In this document: piece by piece, positions 27,195 through 36,743 of the stretch
Layout of the letters: each line of letters starts with the position of its first letter
Numbering within the stretch: the stretch's first letter is position 1
Assembly (NCBI GenBank): GCA_965263355.1
Contig: CBDHHL010000056.1
Location: 896,001 to 960,000, forward strand
Length of the DNA stretch: 64,000 nucleotides
Origin: Leptolyngbyaceae cyanobacterium
GTDB taxonomy: Bacteria; Cyanobacteriota; Cyanobacteriia; Phormidesmidales; Phormidesmidaceae
Reading direction: 5' to 3'
Notes under the pieces: generated by a model
Seen by the model: the letters and a program-made list of their open reading frames with translations, nothing else
The model's database searches: none
Told to the model about the DNA's origin: nothing
Translations under genes and position numbers: made by a program

Positions 27195-29309
27195 TTGGGC
27201 ACTATGCGTTATTTTGACGAGTATTGCGAAATCCATCTTGAATCAGATGCGGCACCCTTTAAGTGGGTCTTTAAGAGTGGCGAGTCAATTCAGATTAGGT
27301 TTGGTGTCTCGCTTGCCCGTCATCCCGAGCGTGGGTACGTCACATTAGAAGCTCGAGATCCTCAGGGAGGGGTCTCAACTCAGCAGATTGCAGCCCACGA
27401 AGTCGGTATTACAGAAAACAGTTTTAAGCTTTTTGCGGTCATCCTACCAGCCGGATCAAATGGAACAGGTTATCGGTATCGGGTGGGATATAGAGATCGA
27501 CAGGGTCATATGCACGCGAGCCAACAAACACGCTGTTTGATGGTGTGTGATGAAGCGCTCCTCTCCATGCAAGAAGTTGAGTCTGTTTTGTTAGATGTTG
27601 TTGATGGTAATGTCCTTTATGGTCCTCGACCGACAGTTCCAATGTCCGCCAGCCCTCAAAACTGGGCCAATCGATTGTTTTATTCGTTGATTATCGACCG
27701 ATTTTCCCAAAGTACCACCGAAAATCGGCAAGGTTTGGGCTTTGTCCCCTATAATTTGACTTCTCCTTACACGAGCCATGGGGGAACTTTACAGGGAATT
27801 CGGGAAAAGTTGACCTACCTTAAGGACCTGGGGATTGGCGCGCTGATGGTCAGTCCAGTCTATGTGAATGAAGCCAGTGGTTATCATGGTTATCACCCGA
27901 TTCATCTGCTGATGGTGGATCCTCGCTTGGGTACGTTGCAGTTACTGCAGGATTTGGTGGAGGAAGCTCATGCCCTCGATATAGCCGTCATCTTAGATGT
28001 GGTGGTGAATCACCTGGCAGATAACATTGATTGGGAAGAATATGGGGGACCTCCCGGCGGAGAATTCAAATATGTGCGGGGGGATAGTGCCGCTGTGATG
28101 CCCTTTCCGGTGGAGACGCGCAATACCCTGTTGTTTCATGGCCCTGAATATACCGACCTGGTCAACCAACGGTTGTTTGGATTCTTGGAAGACTGGCGCA
28201 CTGAGAAAACCTATGTGCGTCAGCTGCTGGTAGATCATCTCAAGTACTGGTTGGCCGTTACAGATGTGGATGGTTTTCGATATGATTCGGCCCGTCACGT
28301 GGGTACAGACTTTTGGCAACCGTGTGTGGCCGAAATTTCGAGATATGCTCGCTATCTGGGCAAAACTGATTTCTTGCAAATTGCTGAACATGCGGGCAGT
28401 TGCCATGAGGAACTGACGGCTTATAATGCGGCCAATTTCTCAGGTTTTTTGGACTATCCTACCCATTACACGTTGAAACATGCGCTTGGGGATGGAGATT
28501 GGTTGAGCGGGTTTGCAGACTATTTTTGTGGGTTACTAATGCCCACGTCAACTTATGTTCAAGGTTGGCGCAACAACTTAATGTTTTTGGATAATCAAGA
28601 TACAACACGGATTTTACATGAGTTTTTAATCCGTCATGCGGATCGGGCCAAGGCAACCAGTTGTTTACATTTTGCGTTGGCTTGTTCCATCCTAGGTCCT
28701 CAGAGGCCAGCCATTTATGCAGGGACCGAACAAGAGTTCTCTGGCGCGCTGGGAATGCATCAACGGGAGGATACAGGCGAGTGGATTGGCCATGACTGCC
28801 ATGTGCGGGAGGATATGTTTGATAACCCGTCCTGTGTTTGGAAGTTTGGTCCTATTAATCGCAAGGTGTTTCAGCCCTATAATCAGGAACATGAAACGTT
28901 TCAGCTGATTCAGTCACTGGCAGATGTTCGTAGGCGGATGGCAAATATTCAGAGTTGCGATCGCACCATCTTAATTTCAAAAGATCATGGTTTACGCTGT
29001 GTTTTACTCCACGATGCCCAAGGCACTCCCCCCTGCTTGGTCGTGATGAATTTAGGCATACAGCATCTGGCAGAAACTAATATTTCTATTCCCGAAAGCC
29101 ACGGCCAGATTGTGGGTCTGGAAGTGCAGGCTGCCACAGCTGGCGGACAGCTAGCGTGGATAGATCAAACCCTACAAACTCAACTGCCGCCATTTGCCTT
29201 TGTGCTAGCGCAGTTGGATATTCGCCACCGGCCTATTGTCAACGAACAATGGCATCCTTTTAAGGAGCAAACTCTGGTCGCTCGTCAAGCAGAAGTGGCT
29301 AATGCTTAA
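27195..29309 (+). CDS. Alpha-amylase family (GH13) glycoside hydrolase/transglycosidase with an extra N-terminal domain
   Basis: GH13 regions: IDRF, HGGTLQGI, YHGY, DVVVNH, GFRYDSARH (nucleophile Asp), IAEH (acid/base Glu), FLDNQD, IYAGTEQ. The real start may be the ATG at 27204. Confidence 0.9.
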   Translation: MGTMRYFDEYCEIHLESDAAPFKWVFKSGESIQIRFGVSLARHPERGYVTLEARDPQGGVSTQQIAAHEVGITENSFKLFAVILPAGSNGTGYRYRVGYRDRQGHMHASQQTRCLMVCDEALLSMQEVESVLLDVVDGNVLYGPRPTVPMSASPQNWANRLFYSLIIDRFSQSTTENRQGLGFVPYNLTSPYTSHGGTLQGIREKLTYLKDLGIGALMVSPVYVNEASGYHGYHPIHLLMVDPRLGTLQLLQDLVEEAHALDIAVILDVVVNHLADNIDWEEYGGPPGGEFKYVRGDSAAVMPFPVETRNTLLFHGPEYTDLVNQRLFGFLEDWRTEKTYVRQLLVDHLKYWLAVTDVDGFRYDSARHVGTDFWQPCVAEISRYARYLGKTDFLQIAEHAGSCHEELTAYNAANFSGFLDYPTHYTLKHALGDGDWLSGFADYFCGLLMPTSTYVQGWRNNLMFLDNQDTTRILHEFLIRHADRAKATSCLHFALACSILGPQRPAIYAGTEQEFSGALGMHQREDTGEWIGHDCHVREDMFDNPSCVWKFGPINRKVFQPYNQEHETFQLIQSLADVRRRMANIQSCDRTILISKDHGLRCVLLHDAQGTPPCLVVMNLGIQHLAETNISIPESHGQIVGLEVQAATAGGQLAWIDQTLQTQLPPFAFVLAQLDIRHRPIVNEQWHPFKEQTLVARQAEVANA

Positions 29310-29618
29310 AATTAAAATATTGGTATTTAGAAATTAATTATATGACAAGCTTAAAATTAAAATATTGGTATTTCCCGAAAGCCACGGCCAGATTGTGGGT
29401 CTGGAAGTGCAGGCTGCCACAGCTGGCGGACAGCTAGCGTGGATAGATCAAACCCTACAAACTCAACTGCCGCCATTTGCCTTTGTGCTAGCGCAGTTGG
29501 ATATTCGCCACCGGCCTATTGTCAACGAACAATGGCATCCTTTTAAGGAGCAAAGTCGCTCGTCAAGCAGAAGTGGCTAATGCTTAAAATTAAAATATTG
29601 GTATTTAGAAATTAATTA
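29089..29618. repeat. Direct duplication (~250 bp) of the GH13 3' end and downstream spacer
   Basis: 29089-29340 recurs at 29372-29618, identical except that the second copy lacks 5 bp (ctctg). Confidence 0.95.
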
Positions 29619-29630
29619 AGCAAACATTAT

Positions 29631-31082
29631 ATGACAAGCGACAAGTCTTCCCATGATATAGATTCTCACGCTGCTGAAGAACAGAAACCCTGGTCTGCTC
29701 GCTTGTTTTTCCTATCTGAGTCGATTCGGAACTTCATTCTATTTTGGTTTGGCCAATCACTCTCTCAAATCGGTACCCGTCTAACTGGATTTGGCCTTGG
29801 CATTTGGGTCTATCAGAATACCCATGCTGTCACTCAACTGAGCCTGGTTTTCTTTATCACCACATTACCAGGGGTGCTGCTGACACCGTTTATTGGTGTA
29901 CTGGTGGATCGGTGGAATCGGCGCTGGATTATCTTCTTTAGTGATTGTGGTGCGGCCCTTGTCACAGCAGCATTGCTCCTGCTACAAATGCATGGCCAGT
30001 TAGAAATTTGGCATACCTATATTTCTGCATTTGCCACCTCACTGTGCGGCTCCTTTCAAATGCTCGCTAAGGGAGCGGCCATTCCCATGATGGTGAGCAA
30101 AAAACAGTTGGGGCGCGTCAATGGTATGTTGCAATTTAGTCGAGCCCTAAGTGAAATTTCCGCTCCCGCCCTGGCGGGTGTTTTGGTGGGAACTTTAAAT
30201 CTAAGTGGTCTATTATGGCTAGATTTAAGCAGCTATGGCATTGGCCTAATTACCTTGCTATTTGTTTCGATTCCTCAACCTGAAACCGAGCCAGACTCCG
30301 ACTTAAATCGCTCTTTTCTAGAAGACATTTCCCAGAGTTGGCAGCTGATTTCTTCCCAAGTAGCCCTGCTAGTTCTGTTTGGATTCATGGGAGTTCACTT
30401 TTTTGTTAATGGCATGACTCGGGTATTGCTCAATCCGTTAGTGTTGTCATTCTCCAGTGCCCAGACCTTTGGCAGTGTAATGTCCCTAGGCAGTATTGGC
30501 ATGGTGATCGGCAGTATTCTGATGAGTATTTGGGGAGGCGGTCGCAATCAGTTAATCAGTTTGTTGGGGGCTTCGGTTATCAGTAGTGTGGGTTTGGTAA
30601 TTACTGGACTCAAACCATCGATAACTCTGATTTCCTGTGGCCTGTTTATTTCGTTCTTCACGTTGCCGATTATCTTGGGCACCAATCAAGCCATTTGGCA
30701 GCAGTCTATCCAACCGAGTTACCAGGGGCGAATCCTGTCTCTAGTGGGAACGTTTACAGGTTTTTTGGCCGCCATTGGGACCATTAGCGCCAGTCCGTTG
30801 GCCGATGTGATTCTAGAACCGATGTTTACTGATCAAGGACTGTTGGCGAGTACCGTTGGCAAATTGATTGAAACCGGTAGTGGGCGAGGTATTAGTTTCC
30901 TGATAATTTTAGAAGGTGGTTTGCTTTTGAGTACATCGTTGTTGGTATATGCCTACGTGCGATGGCAGAATCTAGAGTATGTGCTTGTAGAAGATTCTTC
31001 TGAAATTGTTGAACCATCAGAAATAGCAGTTCCAGAACCGCCAGAAACAGAAACAGAAGCCTCTCTGACATCAGTCAACTAA
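29631..31082 (+). CDS. MFS efflux transporter (macrolide-efflux/DHA3-like), probable product exporter
   Basis: About 12 hydrophobic segments; FWFGQSLSQIGT, GVLVDRWNRR (MFS motif A), QGRI; located within the BGC operon. Confidence 0.9.
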   Translation: MTSDKSSHDIDSHAAEEQKPWSARLFFLSESIRNFILFWFGQSLSQIGTRLTGFGLGIWVYQNTHAVTQLSLVFFITTLPGVLLTPFIGVLVDRWNRRWIIFFSDCGAALVTAALLLLQMHGQLEIWHTYISAFATSLCGSFQMLAKGAAIPMMVSKKQLGRVNGMLQFSRALSEISAPALAGVLVGTLNLSGLLWLDLSSYGIGLITLLFVSIPQPETEPDSDLNRSFLEDISQSWQLISSQVALLVLFGFMGVHFFVNGMTRVLLNPLVLSFSSAQTFGSVMSLGSIGMVIGSILMSIWGGGRNQLISLLGASVISSVGLVITGLKPSITLISCGLFISFFTLPIILGTNQAIWQQSIQPSYQGRILSLVGTFTGFLAAIGTISASPLADVILEPMFTDQGLLASTVGKLIETGSGRGISFLIILEGGLLLSTSLLVYAYVRWQNLEYVLVEDSSEIVEPSEIAVPEPPETETEASLTSVN

Positions 31083-31106
31083 TCATTTCATTTTAACTCA
31101 ACGAAC

Positions 31107-32405
31107 ATGGACATCTCCCTGTCAACACCAGCACCAATTTTTATTCTTTGTTGCGATCGCTCCGGCTCTTCCTTATTGCGATATATCATCGATACCCATC
31201 CAGCCATTGCCGGTCCCGCTGAACTTAATTTAGGCCAAGTGTGTCGCAGTCTTTACTATCTAGTCACTGGGACCTTGGGCGAAACCATCTATGCTGAGAG
31301 TTCTGAAAAAGATAAACAAGTAATTGCCAGGGTACGTCAATTAGTTTTAGAACTCATGGAGGAATATGTTGCTGCCAAAGGAAAACGATTTTGGTGTGAA
31401 AAGTCTCCTCAGAACCTGCAGTTTCTCACTATTTTAAAAGCTGTTTTTCCCGAAGCTAAATATATTTGCCTATATCGCCATGGCATGGATGTTGTTCATT
31501 CTTGTTTAGAGAGTAGTCGATTATCTCTCATGCCAGAACAGCTAAGCTATGTTTGTCAGAATTCTGGCAGCATTGTGGGGGGGATGGTACAAAACTGGGT
31601 AGAAAAGACGCAACAGATCCTGACATTCGAGCAAACATATCCAGAGCAATGTTTTCCAATTAAGTACGAGTCCTACGTTGTTAATCCAGCCGCTACGCTC
31701 CAACCTATGTTCGAGTTTCTCGGGGTAGACTGGGATGAAACATTGTTAGATTCCGTCTTTTCAACTCAGCACGATCTAGGACCAGAGGATCCAAAAGTTG
31801 CTTATTCTAACCGAATTCATCAGGGGTCCATTGGCAAAGGGGCACAGATAGATACATTGCGAATTCCCTCGCCATTGATGACCCAGATGAATCAACTGCT
31901 GGAGACATTGAGTTATCCTACGGTAGGTGCAGACTGGGGCATAGATGCCTATGACAACTTGATCAACAACAGCTTTGAGAAAACGCAATCGGACAATGGG
32001 TATTTTCAAGAAACTCTCGAAGTATTCCCCTTAAAAGCGAGTGAAGCACTGATCAGCTTCTGTAAGTCACGGCTCAATACCCTAATTGAGGAATTAGAAG
32101 GGCGCGCAGTCTCCTATAAGCTTAGATTTGTCAATAATCCCCACGATGCTTGGACAATTGACCTTGCCAATCGAGAGCAGCCTATCCAACAGATAGATAG
32201 GGACGCTGATTGCACGCTGACCTTTACGCCCGAAGATGCCCTCAATATTGTCAATGGGAATGCTAACCCCATCGAACTCTGGATGCAGAGTAAGCTCAAA
32301 GTCTCTGGAGATAGGCATCTAGGAGAAATCTTCTGCTGGTTTTTAGTTGATCGATTACAATGGCGCAAAAAATCGGCAACATGGTGGTTGGGCGTACCCC
32401 ATTAA
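31107..32405 (+). CDS. PAPS-dependent sulfotransferase with C-terminal SCP2 (sterol/lipid carrier) domain
   Basis: 5'-PSB-like PIFILCCDRSGSSLL, WCEKSP, 3'-PB-like YRHGMDVVHS, IKYE; C-terminal DADCTLT...NPIELWMQSKLKVSGD typical of SCP2. Confidence 0.87.
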   Translation: MDISLSTPAPIFILCCDRSGSSLLRYIIDTHPAIAGPAELNLGQVCRSLYYLVTGTLGETIYAESSEKDKQVIARVRQLVLELMEEYVAAKGKRFWCEKSPQNLQFLTILKAVFPEAKYICLYRHGMDVVHSCLESSRLSLMPEQLSYVCQNSGSIVGGMVQNWVEKTQQILTFEQTYPEQCFPIKYESYVVNPAATLQPMFEFLGVDWDETLLDSVFSTQHDLGPEDPKVAYSNRIHQGSIGKGAQIDTLRIPSPLMTQMNQLLETLSYPTVGADWGIDAYDNLINNSFEKTQSDNGYFQETLEVFPLKASEALISFCKSRLNTLIEELEGRAVSYKLRFVNNPHDAWTIDLANREQPIQQIDRDADCTLTFTPEDALNIVNGNANPIELWMQSKLKVSGDRHLGEIFCWFLVDRLQWRKKSATWWLGVPH

Positions 32406-33175
32406 GGAAAGCTGATAATTTGTTCAGCTAATGTGCTCAAATCACTCAACAGACTCGCTTGTTGGGATTGCAGAAAAAAGTGGTCTCCGGAAAATAGTTT
32501 TTGGGTAAATGGCCCCCTTGTCTGTTGTTGCCAAGCCGCTAACCCCTCTGGTTTAGTATGGGTGTCAGCGGTGCCTCCATAAACCCTGATGGGGCAGCTG
32601 AGCGGTGGCATTGAGCGGTGCTCATAGGTCTCCAATATCGTAAAGTCTGCCCGTAATATGGGCAAAAATAAATCAAGCAGCTCTGAATTAGCTAAAACTG
32701 CTTCAGGGGTACCATCATAACGACGAATGGCAGCAATCAGTTCTGGGTCTGGCAGGGCATGGATCGGTGGCACAGATACTGGGAAGTGTGGTGCATTTCG
32801 ACCAGAAACAACCAAATGTGCTGGCTCAACCTGGCCTTGCTGCTGTAGCGATCGCACTACCTCATAGGCTAACAATGCCCCGAGACTGTGACCAAACAAA
32901 ATATATGGCCGATCCAAATAGGGCGCAATGGCGTTACTAACAGCTGATACCACATTGGTTAGCTGGGTCATTAGTGGTTCCGAAAAGCGATGTCCTCGCC
33001 CTGGTAACTCAACGGCCCATACCTCTACTTTTTGAGATATCCCCTCTGGCCAGTGACGAAAAAGAGTTGCTGACCCACCCGCATAGGGAAAACAAAATAA
33101 TCGCAGGGGGGACTGTTGAGAGGTAGACCATACCTTTAACCAAGGAGTAGAGGTATTTACCATATGTTGGTTCAC
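32402..33175 (-). CDS. Type II thioesterase (GrsT/SrfAD family)
   Basis: LFCFPYAGGS, ELPGRG, FGHSLG (GxSxG), LRADF, GDHFF. Convergent with the sulfotransferase with a 4-bp overlap. Confidence 0.95.
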   Translation of the reverse strand: MNQHMVNTSTPWLKVWSTSQQSPLRLFCFPYAGGSATLFRHWPEGISQKVEVWAVELPGRGHRFSEPLMTQLTNVVSAVSNAIAPYLDRPYILFGHSLGALLAYEVVRSLQQQGQVEPAHLVVSGRNAPHFPVSVPPIHALPDPELIAAIRRYDGTPEAVLANSELLDLFLPILRADFTILETYEHRSMPPLSCPIRVYGGTADTHTKPEGLAAWQQQTRGPFTQKLFSGDHFFLQSQQASLLSDLSTLAEQIISFP

Positions 33176-33425
33176 GACGCTTACTCAACAATCATATCTT
33201 AATAATCAAAAATAACGGAACGTCATTCAGTCCCGAGTTCGAGACCTATCTCTCTCCGCTAAAAATTGCCCTTCGACTAACTCAAACCGAATCTCGGGGC
33301 AACGACAAAACTGTAAATCAATCTCTTGAGATGCACAGTAGTTCTGTAATTTCTTTATAAATAGGTAAACATCATCAAAAATCCATTTCATTGTGACGTT
33401 AAAGTAGGACACCACCCACCTTTAG

Positions 33426-33459
33426 AGAGGCTTAGGGTAAGCGCTTACCCTGAGCCTCT
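33426..33459. terminator. 34-bp near-perfect palindrome just downstream of the FAD oxidoreductase gene
   Basis: agaggcttagggtaagc|gcttaccctgagcctct with one mismatch; ends 6 bp from the stop codon at 33466. No strong U-tract. Confidence 0.5.
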
Positions 33460-33465
33460 GGAGCT

Positions 33466-35583
33466 TTAGTTTTGTACAGCCCCCTGCGCTTTCAGCAATT
33501 CATAGAACACTCGTGCGAGATCCCGACGTTGAACAATGCGTTGATCCCTGGGGGTGCGTTTAAAGGCATCGTCATAACTCTCAGGCATTGCCTTTTGGAC
33601 TAAAAACCCTAATTGCTGACGTGTCATGGCTTGGTTAGGAGCAAACCGTCCTCGGCCCATGCCTGCCACTATACCTTGAGCTTTAAGGGTCTCAATATTA
33701 CTGTAGGCCCAATGTTGTTCTGGCTGTACATCCTTAAAAGAAGGCTGGACCGGGGTGATTTTTTCTAACCCTAAAAGATTCACTAACGCCGTACAAACAA
33801 CCGCACGACTCACGCTAGCATAGGGACGAAAATGTAGATTCTTGACATTTTCACTGGTGATAATCCCCGCAGCAGCCATCACTTGAATAGCTTCAAAATC
33901 AGGGTCACCATGAGAAACATCATCAAACCACACAATGGGAATAGCATTACGGGTTAGAAATCCTTGTAGTTTTCGCAATAGTGTCGGCTCACTAACAATC
34001 TCGCGGGGTTGTTTCCCAGTCCACACACTAAACACCGCTAAAAAGCCACTGGCTTCACCAATAGCCCATTCCACCGGGTGCATACGATAGGCAGCGTTGG
34101 TAATGTGGGTGGTGCCAATACTTTTGGCAGATAGAACCAAGCCATCGGTATCGATTGGTACCAGTGAACCTGCCGGTAGGGTAAACGGCAATGCAATCAC
34201 ATCTTTACCCCTGGGACTTACATGCCCGTCCACCAGATTACCATGTAGGTCTAAATAGTGATATTGGCCGATTCCCACTGTATCGTCAAAGGTGCGGGCT
34301 CTGGCTTGATTTTGGAAAAAGCTGGCCGCGACATCCTCGTGACGAATTGTAGTCAAGGCAATGCCTCGACGGGCTTCACGAATATACGGCTCTAGGGCAA
34401 TACCATCCTTGGTCCAGGTGAGATCACCGCGAGGCTTCAGATCAGGCACACCATTGGTCTGCAAAAAGTGAATATAGGCCTGGGCGCGGATGCGGGCCTG
34501 CTTAATCTGTTGTTCACGCTCAGAACGACTCAGACCGATTAGATACCCAGTGCGATAGTCGTTACCACAACATTGTCCCCGTTCGGGATGGCCTGATGTC
34601 CCCCAGTTAATCACCGCTACATCGCCGGGGGAAACTGTATTCTTATTGAGAGAACGACGCAGCAACCGTCGATAGCGAAAAATGCCAAAGGCATTAAAGA
34701 AGTCACGCTTTTTCCAAACGTTGTTCTTACTAACCCAAAAATCACCGGTAAACTCATGCAGGTTAAGCCAAGGAACACGGCCATATTCTGTTGGAGCACC
34801 GATGGAAATGCCCTTGCCTGGATAGGTGCGCTCCACCAAAACATCAAAGGTAAACGATTGTTGACACTGGGGCCGAGCATCCTCAGGGAGAATAGCTTCT
34901 CCCGTATCATTACGAGATTCTTGTCCTACCCGCGAAGGGAGATCGGCCACCTCTAACAGATCACCAAAGTCGGTGGCCTCCACGACTACCTTGGCATGAA
35001 CTGTAAAGGTATAGTTTGTTTTAGTATCTTGGCAAACTACACCCGTCACTTGACGCCGCTCGCCCTCTGTTTTCATTAACAGAGACATGGGCTCAGCATA
35101 GGGAATCAGGGTCAGTTTGTCGGCTCTTAAATAGGGCAACAAAGGTTCCTGCAAAGCGGTAGCAGCGACCACAGGTGTGGTAGAGAGATGACCAACCCAC
35201 GACCCACCAGGATCGTTTACTACTCGTCCAGCTACAGGTTGTAGTTGCCGCTGCCGTTGCCGGAACAGACGTTGACTACGGGAAATGGCAAATTCTTCAC
35301 CGGCCACGGTGGTTAGATCAGCTTTGTGACGAAATAAATCTCCGTCATCAGACGCGGGCAGTGCCTGGGCAGTAAACTGACCGCCCACCATCCGTTGAGG
35401 CTGTACTAAACAGACATCTAGTTTAAGCTGCAGGGCCGTCAGCGCTGTGGTGTAGGCAGCGGTGGAACCACCAATGATGGCAATGGAGCAGGTGTAGCTT
35501 GCGCCATCTTGGGGGCGGGTGAGGGCATCGTCACTAAGCAGACCGTTTTGCTGATGAACCATGGGTGTCAATTTTAAGCTCAT
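33466..35583 (-). CDS. FAD-dependent oxidoreductase with C-terminal S-layer homology (SLH) domain
   Basis: Degenerate Rossmann IAIIGGSTAA, VGGQFT, EATDFGDL, PYIREARR, RMHPVEW; SLH-type FKDV..HWAY..GIVAG..FAPNQAMTRQQ. Confidence 0.85.
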   Translation of the reverse strand: MSLKLTPMVHQQNGLLSDDALTRPQDGASYTCSIAIIGGSTAAYTTALTALQLKLDVCLVQPQRMVGGQFTAQALPASDDGDLFRHKADLTTVAGEEFAISRSQRLFRQRQRQLQPVAGRVVNDPGGSWVGHLSTTPVVAATALQEPLLPYLRADKLTLIPYAEPMSLLMKTEGERRQVTGVVCQDTKTNYTFTVHAKVVVEATDFGDLLEVADLPSRVGQESRNDTGEAILPEDARPQCQQSFTFDVLVERTYPGKGISIGAPTEYGRVPWLNLHEFTGDFWVSKNNVWKKRDFFNAFGIFRYRRLLRRSLNKNTVSPGDVAVINWGTSGHPERGQCCGNDYRTGYLIGLSRSEREQQIKQARIRAQAYIHFLQTNGVPDLKPRGDLTWTKDGIALEPYIREARRGIALTTIRHEDVAASFFQNQARARTFDDTVGIGQYHYLDLHGNLVDGHVSPRGKDVIALPFTLPAGSLVPIDTDGLVLSAKSIGTTHITNAAYRMHPVEWAIGEASGFLAVFSVWTGKQPREIVSEPTLLRKLQGFLTRNAIPIVWFDDVSHGDPDFEAIQVMAAAGIITSENVKNLHFRPYASVSRAVVCTALVNLLGLEKITPVQPSFKDVQPEQHWAYSNIETLKAQGIVAGMGRGRFAPNQAMTRQQLGFLVQKAMPESYDDAFKRTPRDQRIVQRRDLARVFYELLKAQGAVQN

Positions 35584-35853
35584 CCCATCATGGCCCGAAT
35601 TTGGGGAAATGCGCTTAATTTATCCGTAGTTTTTCATAAATCACCCGGTGACTGAGCGAAGTCGTGCACAAAGCGTCTCCAAGGGAGATAGGCACCAAGC
35701 AATTGATTGTGTAGCATAGCCCACATACGGTATTCTCAAATTATTAAACCTTATTCACGTTCAAAACTTTAGTTTTGCAGTAGAAGGAAACTCCAGGTTT
35801 TAACTTGGGCGTTTTTAACTTGGACGTTGTTTAAGATCATCACTATAAAAACC

Positions 35854-35961
35854 ATGGCTAAAAAACCTTACGTCCTTGATATCGATCCGGCTACCTTGTT
35901 ATTTGCTGGATTTCTATTGATCTTGCTACCTCTGGTATTTACTGGTTTTCTTTCCCAGTAA
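35854..35961 (+). CDS. Small single-transmembrane protein (35 aa)
   Basis: Not in the ORF track. Translates as MAKKPYVLDIDPATLLFAGFLLILLPLVFTGFLSQ*: basic N-terminus plus a ~20-residue hydrophobic helix. Overlaps the 3' end of convergent lasT by 23 bp. Confidence 0.65.
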   Translation: MAKKPYVLDIDPATLLFAGFLLILLPLVFTGFLSQ

Positions 35962-36661
35962 GCGCTTGATCGAGGGCATGGTCAAAGGCCGCTCGTAGCT
36001 TGTGGATGACATAGAGATCTTCTCGCTCTAGTCGGGCGATGCCATGTATGACGTAGCCTTGGTAACGATCTGGCAGTCCTATACGCTCCATTAGCTGCTG
36101 CAGAAGACGTTTTAGGCTGGCATATTCTGCTTGAGGCATGGGTTTGCTGTTTAGCCGTTGGTCTTTGATTTGGACCTGGGTTTGCTCGGCAGCCAGGACA
36201 AAGCTATAGATCATGACTGCCTGGGCCAGGTTTAAGGACGGCTGTAGCTGAAATTGTGGAATGGTGGTTAATACATCGCAGGCTTCGATGTCGGCAGATT
36301 TAAGCCCCGAGCGCTCTCCGCCAAAGACAATGGCAATACGATGCAACCATGGATCTTTAGCCTGCAGGTAAGTTGGCAGGTCGCGGACAGAGGTGTAATG
36401 GTGCTTTTCGTAGCGATGGCGGGCGGTGGTGGCACAGGCCAGGTCGCAATCTGCGATCGCATCCCTCAGTTCATCATAAACCTGAGCCTGCTGCAGCACA
36501 TGTTGAGACCCATGGGCCAGAGCCAATGCTTTTTCTCCCAGATAATCAGCCTTGGGGCGTACTAGCCGCAGGCGATTGTACCCCATAGTATGCATAGCAC
36601 GGGCAGCGGCCCCAAGGTTCTCAGGCTCTTCGGAATCAACAAGAACAAAAATAATCTCCAT
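35939..36661 (-). CDS. lasT: SPOUT tRNA/rRNA methyltransferase, TrmJ/LasT (YjtD) family
   Basis: ENLGAAARAM, AHGS, ATTAR, IVFGGERSGL, SLNLAQAVM. Confidence 0.85.
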   Translation of the reverse strand: MEIIFVLVDSEEPENLGAAARAMHTMGYNRLRLVRPKADYLGEKALALAHGSQHVLQQAQVYDELRDAIADCDLACATTARHRYEKHHYTSVRDLPTYLQAKDPWLHRIAIVFGGERSGLKSADIEACDVLTTIPQFQLQPSLNLAQAVMIYSFVLAAEQTQVQIKDQRLNSKPMPQAEYASLKRLLQQLMERIGLPDRYQGYVIHGIARLEREDLYVIHKLRAAFDHALDQALTGKENQ

Positions 36662-36743
36662 GGGGGTTTATTATATAGGCCGCCGTAGGGACATTGCATG
36701 CAATATCCCTGCACAATGTTCATTCCGCCAAACTGGATTAAAA

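Noticed and set aside
29365..29580. 71-aa ORF
   Set aside because: It is the duplicated GH13 C-terminus with a frameshifted end, a by-product of the duplication.
33227..33415. 62-aa minus-strand ORF containing IRFELVEGQFL, possibly a gene remnant
   Set aside because: Too short and no confident family assignment by eye.
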